A DNA stretch of 64,000 nucleotides from Gammaproteobacteria bacterium (lineage in GTDB: Bacteria; Pseudomonadota; Gammaproteobacteria; Pseudomonadales; Pseudohongiellaceae): NCBI GenBank assembly GCA_026710425.1, contig JAPORB010000244.1, positions 4,976 to 68,975 of the forward strand. Direction: 5' to 3'. Positions within the stretch are counted from its first letter, which is position 1, and every line of letters starts with the position of its first letter. Made by a program: the position numbers and the translations under genes. A model generated the notes under the pieces. It was not told the origin of the DNA. It saw nothing but the letters and a program-made list of their open reading frames with translations, and did not search any database. Below are positions 46,687 through 57,396 of the stretch, piece after piece.

Positions 46687-47939
46687 TGAGTCAGAGTCCC
46701 GGGTTCGGGCATGGGAAGTTCGGGCAAGGAAGTACCCATCAGATCCCCATAACTCTTAAAATACATTTCGCTGGCCTCAATCTCGCCAAGGTGTTTGAGC
46801 AACCGTCCCAATTCCCCGTAAGCTTCTGCAGAGGGGGCAATCTTGATACTGGCTTCGTAATACTCCTTTGCCTTTCCCCATAACTGGTTGCGCATAGAAA
46901 TCCGGCCAAGACTAAGCAGCAGTTCGGCATCAGCCGGATTTGACTTTAGCCAGTTTTCGGCTACCAGTAATTGTTGATTGCTGGTTCCATATTCTTTTGC
47001 ACCATACTGTCGCACTAGCTTGCTGCTCCAGGCACGGGACAAAGTGAACTCAAGTACTTTAGCTGCATCGATATTTTCATTCAGCTGCATCAGCAAATCA
47101 GCATAGTGAGTGACCACCTTCTCATCGGTATGAAATTTGGCCGGTGCCTTTTTCCAAAGTTTTTTCAGTTGCTCCAGTGCGCCTTCTTCCCCTGCCTGCA
47201 CTGCATTGAAGCTGGCATAAAGTTTTTCCATAAAAATACGTTTCTGCACCCGCTCCAACTCTTCGTCATCAAGCAGACGGTTTTTCTCCAACGTGGGCAG
47301 GATTAATTCCAGGTGCTGCCAGTCATCAAGTTTTACATATACTTCCTTGAGCAATCGGAGCAAGTTACCATCATTGAGTGCCTGCTTTTTCAATTCTTCA
47401 AGTACTGCCAAGCTTTGTTCCAGCTGGCCACTCTGGAAGTGCAATTGTGCTTTAACATAATTGATCGTTGAGTGCGCCGCAGGGAATTGCTGTTCTGCTA
47501 GCTCCAGCAACTCAAGCCAGGACTCACGCTGTCCCAATTGACAGGCCGCATAAGCCGCTGCAAGGTGATTGATCACTGTTGCATCCTTGTCTTTCATTCC
47601 CTTGCGTAACTGATTATGAGCCGCCTGCCAGTTGCTCCGGGCAAAACTCAGCAGTCCTTCCAAGGTCTGACTACGCGCCCGCGCCTTCCGTTTCAAATTG
47701 AAGTCACGTCCGATTGCCCATAGGTGCCTAGGATTAATCCAGTCAAAAATGATAAGCAGGATCCGAATGACAGTGTAGAGAATAATCAGTAACACCAGCA
47801 GCGCAAACAAACTGGTTTCAAACGTGGTGTTACCAAAGGCGATCAGCAAGTAACCGGGGTCCGCCGGAAAGCCTAGGGTCAGGGTCACCCAAAGTGCCAC
47901 CACAATAGCCAGCAGACTGAATATAAATAGTCGAATCAT
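46683..47939 (-). CDS. hemY: HemY-like membrane TPR protein (haem-operon associated)
   Basis: Two N-terminal TM helices followed by TPR repeats, in last position of hemCDXY. I prefer ATG 47939, which lies just past the hemX stop, over the track start at 47972. Confidence 0.8.
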   Translation of the reverse strand: MIRLFIFSLLAIVVALWVTLTLGFPADPGYLLIAFGNTTFETSLFALLVLLIILYTVIRILLIIFDWINPRHLWAIGRDFNLKRKARARSQTLEGLLSFARSNWQAAHNQLRKGMKDKDATVINHLAAAYAACQLGQRESWLELLELAEQQFPAAHSTINYVKAQLHFQSGQLEQSLAVLEELKKQALNDGNLLRLLKEVYVKLDDWQHLELILPTLEKNRLLDDEELERVQKRIFMEKLYASFNAVQAGEEGALEQLKKLWKKAPAKFHTDEKVVTHYADLLMQLNENIDAAKVLEFTLSRAWSSKLVRQYGAKEYGTSNQQLLVAENWLKSNPADAELLLSLGRISMRNQLWGKAKEYYEASIKIAPSAEAYGELGRLLKHLGEIEASEMYFKSYGDLMGTSLPELPMPEPGTLTH

Positions 47940-47940
47940 G

Positions 47941-49134
47941 CTAGCGAATGTCCGACACCAGTTGTTGGACACTGTTGGCAGAGCGACTAATTTCAGGTAG
48001 CACAGGTGCTATATCAATTTCCTGCAAGGCGGAGAATTCAGCAAGTAATGCTTGACCAATACTGGACTCAATAACTGCAAACTGGTTCAACCAACCAATT
48101 GCTTCGGTCAAACTGCGCTGGTATAGAGTTGTGTCAGACTTCATCAGGGCCAGTTGTGCGCGCTCTAGTATTAGATGCATACGCTGCAGAATGAGTGCTT
48201 CCTGTCCAGGAACCAAAATGGCCTGCGGGGAGTCCTCCCAACGGCGCCAGACAAACACTTTGCCAAGAAAATCCAGACTGCTGTCCAAAAAACCCTGAGT
48301 TTCTGCCGGAGCGAGTACAGCCGTGGATGCCTCACCACGCTGGCTTTGAAAACTTTCGCGCATGGAACTGAGCAAATCAATTACGTTCACTTGCCCGCTC
48401 AGGTTTTCGATTCGCAGGTAAACTCCCTCCCGGTCGAACATTTGCAGTTCCTGCAACAGAGCAAGATCCTCGGCAATGGCCTGACGAGCACGCAGGACGG
48501 TAGAGCTGCCGGATTCCAGCAGAGCAGTATCAGCCTGCCGCAACAGCAGCATCGCCGTTTGTTCATCAGACTCCAACTGTAACTTGCGGCTGGCTAGCTG
48601 GGTGAGATAGTTTGCCTCCAATATCTTCCACTCGAAAGACTGCGGTGAAGCAACAGATTTGGGTAATGTTGCCAGCGAGTTTACCTGTTGCTGCAGTGCT
48701 TCCATGTTGTCCAGTTGCCCCTCCAGTGCAGTCAGACCTGACTGGACACGCACAACCAGTTCCCGGAGGGCACTGTCATCACTGTCTGCCGACTCTGGCA
48801 GCTCCGCCACCTGTGAGCGCAACTCAGCAAATTGATCTCGAAACTGGGTGATGGTCGCCTGCATCAGGTCATTTTGCTGCCCTTGGTTTGCCATCTCGGC
48901 ACGTAAATTGGCCTGCTCGTAGCCGAGGTAGGCAAGCACACCCGACAACGAAAGAAACAGCAACAGTATGATCAGAAATCGCCTGCGTGCATTTTTTTTG
49001 GAGCGTGAAGAAGTGACTCCTGATTTGGTATTAGTTCCCTTGGAGATCTCGTCCAGTATTTTCGGGGTTTCCGGCTTATCAGCCACGGATGATCCCCCCT
49101 GGTTTTCGGTTTTGCTATTTTTCATTTTCATCAC
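47941..49134 (-). CDS. hemX: HemX-like membrane protein (often annotated uroporphyrinogen-III C-methyltransferase)
   Basis: K/S-rich N-terminus, a single TM helix (FLIILLLFLSLSGVLAYLG), and a Q/L/E-rich coiled periplasmic domain. It sits between hemD and hemY. Confidence 0.75.
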   Translation of the reverse strand: MMKMKNSKTENQGGSSVADKPETPKILDEISKGTNTKSGVTSSRSKKNARRRFLIILLLFLSLSGVLAYLGYEQANLRAEMANQGQQNDLMQATITQFRDQFAELRSQVAELPESADSDDSALRELVVRVQSGLTALEGQLDNMEALQQQVNSLATLPKSVASPQSFEWKILEANYLTQLASRKLQLESDEQTAMLLLRQADTALLESGSSTVLRARQAIAEDLALLQELQMFDREGVYLRIENLSGQVNVIDLLSSMRESFQSQRGEASTAVLAPAETQGFLDSSLDFLGKVFVWRRWEDSPQAILVPGQEALILQRMHLILERAQLALMKSDTTLYQRSLTEAIGWLNQFAVIESSIGQALLAEFSALQEIDIAPVLPEISRSANSVQQLVSDIR

Positions 49135-49921
49135 GCAAGGCGAGTTGTTTCAAGGCATCCAGCATGGACTGGTCATCAGCACCTCCGGCATCATTCACCA
49201 CGCTAAAACCTTGCTGCCTAGCTTGTATCAAGATGCGTTGGGAAGGTACCACCAATGGTAACAAACTGATCTGGCTCATGTTTTTAGCACAAATCTCGGT
49301 CAGGATCTTGAGGGACTCACCATTATGCACCGTAATCATGTCACAACAATGCTCCAACTTGGTGATTTCTGCTTGGTCATGGGCAACCCGCTGCCGAGAA
49401 TAGACTTCAATGTAGTCCACCGCTGCACCACGCTCGGTAAGTATGGTAGCTAGCAACTCACGACCGCCCTGACCACGGACGATACCGATGCGTTTACCGA
49501 CCACGTCTTGCAGTGCGGACAAAGCAAGCACAGACTCACTATCAGCACCCATTGACGGACAGATGGCTTGGATATTAAGCACTAGGTTCAACGTGTTGGC
49601 TGTAGTTCTGCCAATGGCAATCAACTGTAGATCGGACGGGAGTTGTGACCAGTATTTATTGATTAATTGACCGGCCAAATTAGCGGCATTGTGGCTGACA
49701 AAGATGAGAAAATCATACTGATCCAGAGCCTGAATCTGGTCTCTGGCCTTTGCACCAGCTTGTGACCCAAAAAATGGTTGAATGTTGAGTAGGGGAAAAG
49801 CAACCGGCACCCCGCCTGCAGCAGTGATTTTCTCACTCAAACCAGTCTGTTGCGGTAGCGGGCGCGTAATCAGAACCGAAACTCCAGATAGTGGCTGCTG
49901 GTCTGGTCTCAGTTTGCCCAT
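49115..49921 (-). CDS. hemD: uroporphyrinogen-III synthase
   Basis: 268 aa with VLITRP near the N-terminus. Its ATG overlaps the hemC stop (TAATG), and its position in hemCDXY is conserved. Sequence conservation in this family is intrinsically low. Confidence 0.8.
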   Translation of the reverse strand: MGKLRPDQQPLSGVSVLITRPLPQQTGLSEKITAAGGVPVAFPLLNIQPFFGSQAGAKARDQIQALDQYDFLIFVSHNAANLAGQLINKYWSQLPSDLQLIAIGRTTANTLNLVLNIQAICPSMGADSESVLALSALQDVVGKRIGIVRGQGGRELLATILTERGAAVDYIEVYSRQRVAHDQAEITKLEHCCDMITVHNGESLKILTEICAKNMSQISLLPLVVPSQRILIQARQQGFSVVNDAGGADDQSMLDALKQLALRDENEK

Positions 49922-50856
49922 TAGTCTGGGCTGGTTGTGCCCATGATTTCGGCGAGCACCCTGTCGGCCCCCTGAACCAGCAAATCTTCGGCAGCTTGAA
50001 CGCCCAGTTCCTCAGCATCCCGACTTTTACCGACACGCTGGCTACTGAACAGTTGCTTGCCGTCCAGCGAGCCAACTCGGGCTTGCAACATCAGTGAATC
50101 GCCATGAAGTTCGGCAAAACTAGCAATCGGTACCTGGCAGCCACCCTGAAGCCGGGCATTCACAGCGCGCTCGGCAGTCACCCGTGCCGCTGTCGTTACA
50201 TCATGCAGTGGGCTGATCCGTTGCAGGGTTTCGATATCATCAATGCGGCACTCAATGCCAACCGCTCCCTGCCCGCCGGCGGGCAGGCAACAATCGAAGG
50301 GTATTTTCTGTCGGATGCGTTCGGCCAAACCCAGCCTGATTAGCCCGGCCGTTGCGAGAATGATCGCATCGTACTCGCCGGCATCCAGTTTGCTTAGCCG
50401 AGTACCGACATTACCCCTGAGATCGGCGATATGTAGGTCGGGCCGATACCTCATTAGCTGACACTGGCGACGAAAGCTGGAAGTGCCCACTCTAGCTCCG
50501 GCAGGCAACTTCTCAAGGCTTTGATAGGTGTTGGAAACTAGCGCATCGGAGGGATCTTCGCGTTCGCAAATCACCGCCAGCCCCAGGCCATCGGGAAACT
50601 CCATGGGTACATCTTTCATGGAATGCACGGCCAAATCTGCCTGATCCTCCATCATTGCGCGCTCAAGTTCCTTGACGAACAACCCTTTGCCGCCCAACTT
50701 GGCCAAGGGTGAATCCAGTAACTGATCGCCTCGGGTTGTCATGGGTACCAATTCAACCTTGATGCCATCATGTTGTTGGACCAGAGCATCCTTCACAAAA
50801 TTGGCCTGCCACAGGGCGAGTGGGCTGTTGCGAGTAGCGATACGAAGTGTGCTCAT
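49921..50856 (-). CDS. hemC: hydroxymethylbilane synthase (porphobilinogen deaminase)
   Basis: [35 protein letters not shown] and GGCQVPI are present, with a 311-aa length. Confidence 0.95.
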   Translation of the reverse strand: MSTLRIATRNSPLALWQANFVKDALVQQHDGIKVELVPMTTRGDQLLDSPLAKLGGKGLFVKELERAMMEDQADLAVHSMKDVPMEFPDGLGLAVICEREDPSDALVSNTYQSLEKLPAGARVGTSSFRRQCQLMRYRPDLHIADLRGNVGTRLSKLDAGEYDAIILATAGLIRLGLAERIRQKIPFDCCLPAGGQGAVGIECRIDDIETLQRISPLHDVTTAARVTAERAVNARLQGGCQVPIASFAELHGDSLMLQARVGSLDGKQLFSSQRVGKSRDAEELGVQAAEDLLVQGADRVLAEIMGTTSPD

Positions 50857-51859
50857 GCTTGATGAGTGTTACAGAATTCAGATTACGGGATTAATGGCGA
50901 TTCTAAGAGATTTCAACTTGAATGTCAGATTTACTTCACCAACAACAGTGTGGGTCGTTGAGATTCACCCCCCCCTCCCTCAATCAACCTCTGGAAAAGC
51001 TCTAGAAAAATGTATGATCCAAAGTGAGTCTGTATTGAAGCAAAAGCCATCATTCATTGACGAATTGGCCGTAAAATATGGTAGCGGACTGGCTATAGAC
51101 TTAGTATCAACCTGCGATTCGATCCATCTACAAAATAGACTGAGTTCTATTGATAGAAAAGAAAGGGTGCTCAATTGGCCAGGTTACAGTCAATCATAAT
51201 TATTGTAAGACATAACGATTCTTCATGTTCCAGCTTTACTTTATAGTTGCTATCAATTTTGAATATGGTATCAGTAGAGTAGAATCAAAGGTCCATAAAC
51301 CCTGGATTTTGAAATCTACATCCAGCCAGAATCAACTCATAATAGCAGTCTCAGCATAATTAAGTCTTCATCCAATTCATCATTGATTGAATAAAGTCTG
51401 ACCAGCAGCAAGATTAATAATTCAAATATTTCCCCTCAGTTGGCTGCCATTATCAAGGAATATGGAAAACAAGGCCATGCCGGAAATTATCTACCATATC
51501 CTAATGGGAGAGTTATCTTGAGTGCACAGGTGATAAAGAATTTTTCAGCAATGATGGCTGATGCACACTGGAGAGCCTCACTGCCAACAGCACAGGCCAG
51601 CATTCATAAGGAAGTCAGCTACTTCGACCGCCAACTGCCAAGGAACCAAGCAGTTGATCACTGGGGGATTGGCTGCAATTTTTACTGAATTCGTATTACC
51701 AAGCTCCTTAATCTTATCAATAGCTCAAGAATATCAACATAGACTTTGCCTTACTCTGCTTTTTGTGAGTATTATTTTTTATTGGTCCATATTAAAATTT
51801 GAGTCACTGCTTATGGTATAATTTTGCTGCTTTTCTTAGTAGCAAACCTAAACTACGCA

Positions 51860-53425
51860 ATGAAACGCCGACAACTTCCAGTTGGAATCCACTCTTTTGC
51901 CACTCTGCGGGCAGAAGATTATTACTATGTTGATAAAACTGCCCAGATCAGCCATCTGGTGAGCAAGGGGCAACGGTATTACCTGTCCCGTCCGCGCTGC
52001 TTTGGCAAGAGTCTGTTGCTGGATACCCTGCGGGAGCTATTTGAGGGTAATGAAAGGCTGTTCCATGGTCTTGCCATTCATCAGCACTGGGATTGGTCAG
52101 TCAATTATCCAGTTGTGCACCTGAGTTTTGATAGCGGCAAGTATTGCGAACCCGGAGGCCTCAACCAAAGCATTGCCCGCCAGCTGATGGAAAACGAAAA
52201 TAGTGCTGGCCTTGAGCCTTCACCTGAGCAGCACTCAGGGCCAGAGCGTTTATCGAGTCTCATCAAAAATCTGCATCGCAAGACAGATCAGCAGGTTGTG
52301 GTGCTGGTTGACGGGTGTGACAAGCCTATTTTGGATGTTATGAATAACCGGGAACTGTTGAATGCAAATTTAAAGGACCTGAGCAGTCTTTACAGTATTA
52401 TCAAACACAATGATAGGCTAATCCACTTCGTCTTTATTTCCGGCATCAGCATGTTCTCAGGAGACAGCTTTTTTCCGGAACTCAATCATCTCGAAAACAT
52501 CAGCTTCGACCAGAACTACGGCACGATTTGCGGGTATACCGACAAGGATCTGGATACAGTCTTTGCCCCTGAGTTGCTATGGCTTGATCGTGACGAAATT
52601 CGCCGCTGGTATAATGGCTACAACTGGCGCGAGCAGGAGAAGGTCTATAACCCCCTTGATATCTTAATGCTGCTCCAAAAGCGGATATTTAAGCCTTACT
52701 GGTTCGAGTCCGGCTCAAGCACCAATCTTCTCACCTTCATGATGGAGGGGAATATCGGTCTGTTGGATATTGAAAAACCCAGAGCAAGCCAGTCGCAACT
52801 GTCAACATTGGACATCAATGAACCTGACTCAATCTCATCACTTTTCCAGGCCGGGTATCTGACCATAGCAGGAGAAGAACAGATAAGCAGCAAAAAGCAC
52901 TACATTTTGGATTACCCCAATTTCGAGGTACGAGACTGCTTGACTCGACGTTTTTTTGAGTTTATTGAGCAACCCTCTTCTGACATCTCCGATCATGGAC
53001 AGGCCTTTGCGCCTCTGCTGGCAAGCAATGATTTCCAAGGTCTCGCCGTAAAACTGGGTTCATTCCTTGCAGGGATTCCCTGTCAATGGCATGGTCAAAA
53101 TGCCCGTCTTGAATCTTGGTATGCCACTAATCTGTTTGGTTGTCTGCGTATTGTCGGCTTAGATGTTCGGGTTGAAGACCCATCAAGGCGGGAACGTGCA
53201 GACATGATAGTATTCCACAAAGATCAGGTCTTTATTTTTGAATTGAAGATGGCTGACACATTAGGACTGGAAAAGACAGCCGATAAGGCCATTATGCAGA
53301 TTCGTCATCGTGGTTTTGTGGACAAGTATCAGCACCTCAATCTGCCCATACATCTGATCGGTATTGCTTTTGACCGGGAGGAGATTACCGGGGTATCGCT
53401 GTTCCTAAAGGCCGAACCAGCTTGA
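51860..53425 (+). CDS. AAA-ATPase-like (PF09820-type) protein with C-terminal PD-(D/E)xK nuclease domain (PDDEXK_9-type)
   Basis: The N-terminus MKRRQLPVGIHSFATLRAEDYYYVDKT...YLSRPRCFGKSLLLDTL matches the predicted AAA-ATPase family as recalled. The C-terminus ERADMIVFHKDQVFIFELK gives a D...ExK nuclease motif. The track ORF starts 36 nt upstream at TTG. Confidence 0.75.
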   Translation: MKRRQLPVGIHSFATLRAEDYYYVDKTAQISHLVSKGQRYYLSRPRCFGKSLLLDTLRELFEGNERLFHGLAIHQHWDWSVNYPVVHLSFDSGKYCEPGGLNQSIARQLMENENSAGLEPSPEQHSGPERLSSLIKNLHRKTDQQVVVLVDGCDKPILDVMNNRELLNANLKDLSSLYSIIKHNDRLIHFVFISGISMFSGDSFFPELNHLENISFDQNYGTICGYTDKDLDTVFAPELLWLDRDEIRRWYNGYNWREQEKVYNPLDILMLLQKRIFKPYWFESGSSTNLLTFMMEGNIGLLDIEKPRASQSQLSTLDINEPDSISSLFQAGYLTIAGEEQISSKKHYILDYPNFEVRDCLTRRFFEFIEQPSSDISDHGQAFAPLLASNDFQGLAVKLGSFLAGIPCQWHGQNARLESWYATNLFGCLRIVGLDVRVEDPSRRERADMIVFHKDQVFIFELKMADTLGLEKTADKAIMQIRHRGFVDKYQHLNLPIHLIGIAFDREEITGVSLFLKAEPA

Positions 53426-53583
53426 TTTTTGCCAAGCTAAGCGAATTTGCAAACAGTATTCCACATTCTCACCAAAGCACAAGTTAATTTAGCTGGTGCT
53501 GACACCGGTTCAGAATTTCAGAGGATAGGAGCGTAAGCAACCATCTCTATAAGCTGGATCATTCCCGCCATTACTTGCCAACT

Positions 53584-54981
53584 ATGAGCGACAAACAAAA
53601 TACTGACAAACTATGGGGTGGACGTTTCAGCGAAGCAACTGATTCGTTCGTTGAGCGATTTACCGCTTCTGTGGACTTCGACAAACGTCTCTATTCATAT
53701 GATATTGACGGCTCGATAGCCCATGCCCGTATGCTCAAGAAGGTTGGAATTCTGACCGATGAAGAAGCCGGGCAAATTGAGGCAGGGCTGGAATTCATCA
53801 GGAAAGAGATAGCCGCCGGTCGATTTGAATGGTCTGTGGAACTGGAAGATGTCCACATGAACATTGAGGCAGCTCTGACTGCCGACATCGGCGACGTGGG
53901 CAAGAAGCTTCATACCGGTCGCTCCCGCAATGACCAGGTTGCCACTGACATTCGCCTGTATGTGCGCGACAGTATTGATAGATTATGTGCTCAATTGAGC
54001 CAGCTGCAAAACACTCTGGTTGATCTTGCGGAACGGGAAGCCGACACCATTCTTCCAGGGTTCACTCACTTGCAAACAGCTCAACCCATCAGTTTTGGAC
54101 ATCACATGATGGCCTGGAACGAGATGCTGGATCGTGACCATGAGCGACTGCAAGATTGCCGTCGTCGAGTCAACCAATCTCCACTGGGCTGTGCCGCACT
54201 GGCTGGCACTACCTTCCCCATTGACCGTTACTACAGTGCACAGTTACTGGGATTTGATGCACCAACAAAAAACTCTCTGGACTCGGTCAGCGATCGTGAC
54301 TTTGCCATCGAACTGGCAGCGGTGATCAGTCTGATCATGATCCATTTGTCGCGATTCTCTGAAGAACTGATCATCTGGTCCTCAGCTCAGTTCGATTTTA
54401 TCGACCTTCCGGATCGCTATTGTACCGGCTCCTCAATTATGCCCCAGAAAAAGAACCCGGATCTGCCAGAGCTGGTGCGTGGTAAAACCGGCAGAGTCAC
54501 GGGCCATCTTATGTCGCTGCTGATTCTGATGAAGTCACAACCATTGGCCTATAACAAGGACAATCAGGAGGATAAGGAACCTTTGTTTGATTCCCTGGAT
54601 ACCGTGCGCGACTGTCTACAGGCCTATATTGAGATTCTGCCAGCCTTGATTTGCAAAAGGGAAAATATGCTGATGGCCGCCCGCCAAGGCTATACCACTG
54701 CGACTGATCTAGCTGACTATCTAGTCAAGAAGGGAGTACCCTTTCGGGATGCGCACGAAACATCAGGCAAGGCAGTCAGCCTCGCCATTGGCATAGGCAA
54801 GGAACTGCAAGAGCTGACATTGGCCGAACTTCAGAAATTAAATGGCTTGATTGAGGCAGATGTGGCCGAGGTACTTTCCCTTCAAGGTTCACTAGCCGCC
54901 AGGGATCATTACGGAGCCGCTTCACCTGCCCAAGTTCGAAAGGCGATCGCCATAGCGCGCAACAAACTGGCCGACCGCTAA
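53584..54981 (+). CDS. argH: argininosuccinate lyase
   Basis: [20 protein letters not shown] and the fumarate-lyase signature [12 protein letters not shown] are present. The start is taken at ATG 53584 (MSDKQN...). Confidence 0.95.
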   Translation: MSDKQNTDKLWGGRFSEATDSFVERFTASVDFDKRLYSYDIDGSIAHARMLKKVGILTDEEAGQIEAGLEFIRKEIAAGRFEWSVELEDVHMNIEAALTADIGDVGKKLHTGRSRNDQVATDIRLYVRDSIDRLCAQLSQLQNTLVDLAEREADTILPGFTHLQTAQPISFGHHMMAWNEMLDRDHERLQDCRRRVNQSPLGCAALAGTTFPIDRYYSAQLLGFDAPTKNSLDSVSDRDFAIELAAVISLIMIHLSRFSEELIIWSSAQFDFIDLPDRYCTGSSIMPQKKNPDLPELVRGKTGRVTGHLMSLLILMKSQPLAYNKDNQEDKEPLFDSLDTVRDCLQAYIEILPALICKRENMLMAARQGYTTATDLADYLVKKGVPFRDAHETSGKAVSLAIGIGKELQELTLAELQKLNGLIEADVAEVLSLQGSLAARDHYGAASPAQVRKAIAIARNKLADR

Positions 54982-56048
54982 CGTCCTTGTGGTGCCTGCA
55001 AATAAATCTGATAGTGCTGAAAATCATTATCGCGGCGAGTCGTCACTGATACTCTGTCGCCCGCCTGTTTCTGTTCCATGACCATCGCCAGATCGTTCTC
55101 ATTGCGTATGGGCTGACCGTCCACCTCAACAATCACATCACCCAACACAATGCGTCCCCGAACCGAGCGGGCAACTCCACGCATACCCAATCTTTGTGGA
55201 TCGGATCCCTGCACAGTGTCCCTCACAATAACTCCCTCAATTCCCCACAGGTGCCGATAGTAGTCCGGCTGTGGCAACAGGGTAATGCCAAGAATCGGTG
55301 TTTGCACCCTTCCGTAGGTTATCAGTTCGGGAACCACTCGTTTTACCGTGTTGACTGGAATCGCAAAGCCGATGCCCGAACTGCCACCGCTGGGACTGAA
55401 GATTGCGGTATTCACCCCGATCAGTTGACCCATACTATTGAGTAAGGGGCCACCGGAATTGCCCGGATTGATCGCTGCGTCAGTCTGAATGACATCGCGG
55501 ATTTTGCGTTGGTTGACCGCATCAATTTCGCGGCCAAGGGCACTGACGATACCTACCGTCATAGTGGTATCAAGTCCAAAAGGGTTGCCAATGGCAATGA
55601 CCTTACGCCCTACTTCCAGCAATGAGGAATCACCAGGGCTGACTGGAATCAAATCCTCATCAGGGGCCTCAATCTTGAGTACAGCCAGATCCCGACTTGG
55701 ATCCAGTCCCACTGCTTTTGCCGAATAGGTTGTTCCATCCTGCAGGGTAACCAATACCCTATCAGCCTGTTGTACCACATGAAAATTGGTGACGATGTGT
55801 CCCTGTTTATCCCAGACAAAACCAGTACCACTGCCCTGGGGCACCTGCTGGGGATTGAGCGAATAGAATGAGCGCACGAGCCGAGCGTTTGTGATGTTGA
55901 CCACTGAAGGACTGGTGCGTTTGAAAATCTGGATATTGTTCGCTTCATCATTGGTTGCGAACTCACTGTAGGCTACGGCTTGGGCACTGGCTTGGGCGAC
56001 CGACAAAAGGGCCTGCAAGCATAACAATACAATGAATAAAATCTTCAT
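54978..56048 (-). CDS. periplasmic S1C (HtrA/DegS-like) serine endoprotease with one PDZ domain
   Basis: Signal peptide, catalytic contexts TNFHVV, DLAVLKI and GNSGGPLLN, and a C-terminal PDZ domain ([19 protein letters not shown]...GDVIVEVDG). Confidence 0.85.
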   Translation of the reverse strand: MKILFIVLLCLQALLSVAQASAQAVAYSEFATNDEANNIQIFKRTSPSVVNITNARLVRSFYSLNPQQVPQGSGTGFVWDKQGHIVTNFHVVQQADRVLVTLQDGTTYSAKAVGLDPSRDLAVLKIEAPDEDLIPVSPGDSSLLEVGRKVIAIGNPFGLDTTMTVGIVSALGREIDAVNQRKIRDVIQTDAAINPGNSGGPLLNSMGQLIGVNTAIFSPSGGSSGIGFAIPVNTVKRVVPELITYGRVQTPILGITLLPQPDYYRHLWGIEGVIVRDTVQGSDPQRLGMRGVARSVRGRIVLGDVIVEVDGQPIRNENDLAMVMEQKQAGDRVSVTTRRDNDFQHYQIYLQAPQGR

Positions 56049-56650
56049 TTTGTATCAGTCCTGGTTTGTATGTTTTGGGTGAAGCAAAAACTATAGCTTC
56101 TATTTATAGGCCCAAACTAGAGGTTTCAAGCCTAATGTCGGCAGGAATCTCTGTGATTCCCGTTTTTCCTGCGCATTCATCGTGCCAATCAAGGATGCCT
56201 CAGCTGAAGGCAGCCCGGATGGTAATTGGAGATTAGTCTGACTCTCCCTTACATACATATGATACATAGATCTGCTGGACTACCACCATGATAGGTTATA
56301 TGGCCAGGATACCAATTCAATTAGGACCAGAAAATCCAGAGGCAACCCGAAGCCAAATCATGCCTTCGCAACGACTAATAACTCCGAAAGGGTGCTGCGG
56401 CAAAAGATACGCCGATTTCGTAAGTGCATAGTCACGATACCCTATCATCAGAGTAACCGCAGAGAGACCTTAAAGTGGGTAGTTTAGTCATCAGCCATAT
56501 TCCGCTGATTCGATACTGACTGGCTTTTCGCTTACGCCGTGCTCCGATGTGACATGGTTAGTTTTGCCATTCCAGCCTGATGGACATGGTGCATCAGCGT
56601 CAACAACGAGGCAAGAAGAATAGAAATCTGTTATTGTGAGGATCGTGAGT

Positions 56651-56664
56651 AGCGACTAGTCGCT
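56651..56664. promoter_or_regulatory. perfect 14-bp palindrome AGCGACTAGTCGCT upstream of the response-regulator gene (candidate operator)
   Basis: The sequence is self-complementary by direct reading and lies 37 nt upstream of ATG 56701. No binding protein can be assigned. Confidence 0.3.
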
Positions 56665-56700
56665 CTATCGACAAGCCTGCAAAGGAATCCGACACCATTC

Positions 56701-57396
56701 ATGAAAAAAATACTGATTATCGACGATGACGAAAAGTTGGGTGAGTTACTCACCCAATATCTTGAACGTTATGACATGAAAGTCACCTTTGCCTTGACAC
56801 CAAGCAAGGGATTCGAGCTGATCAAGAGAGGTAAGCCTGACTTGCTAATACTGGATGTGATGCTGCCCGAGAAAGACGGTTTTGAGATTTGCCGAGAAAT
56901 ACGGGCCAAGTCCTCAATTTACGGCCAGCTACCCATCCTAATGTTGACTGCCCATGGAGAGGTCACGGATCGTATTGTAGGCCTTGAACTGGGTGCGGAC
57001 GACTACCTGCCAAAACCCTTTGAACCCAGGGAGCTGGTGGCACGAATTCACAATATTCTCAGGCGAAGCAGTGACGATGCAATTAGAGATATAAAACCCA
57101 TCAATGGACTGGAAGTCGATGTGTCGCGCCGAGAAGTCAAACTTGACGGGAAGGTGCTGGAGCTTACGACCATGGAATACGAGCTTCTTATTCTTTTCAT
57201 GCAGTATCCCAATAAAACATTCACCCGTGATGAGTTGATGAATCGTCTCCGAGGCATAGATGCAGAGCTTTTCTCCCGGGCTGTGGATACTCTGGTAAGT
57301 CGCTTGCGCCAAAAACTGGGAGACACATCAAAAACTCCTCGTTTTATCAAGACTGTCTGGGGTCGAGGCTATACCTTTGTCGGCGAACAGCTGTGA
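56701..57396 (+). CDS. OmpR/PhoB-family response regulator
   Basis: A receiver domain (DDDE, phospho-acceptor context LLILDVMLP, and KPF) is followed by a winged-helix domain (LTTMEYELL...VWGRGYTF). Confidence 0.9.
   Translation: MKKILIIDDDEKLGELLTQYLERYDMKVTFALTPSKGFELIKRGKPDLLILDVMLPEKDGFEICREIRAKSSIYGQLPILMLTAHGEVTDRIVGLELGADDYLPKPFEPRELVARIHNILRRSSDDAIRDIKPINGLEVDVSRREVKLDGKVLELTTMEYELLILFMQYPNKTFTRDELMNRLRGIDAELFSRAVDTLVSRLRQKLGDTSKTPRFIKTVWGRGYTFVGEQL

Noticed and set aside
50741-51199. 152-aa plus-strand ORF overlapping the hemC start and extending into the AT-rich insert
   Set aside because: Its first third is antisense to hemC, and the remainder has no motif or start signal. It is probably spurious.
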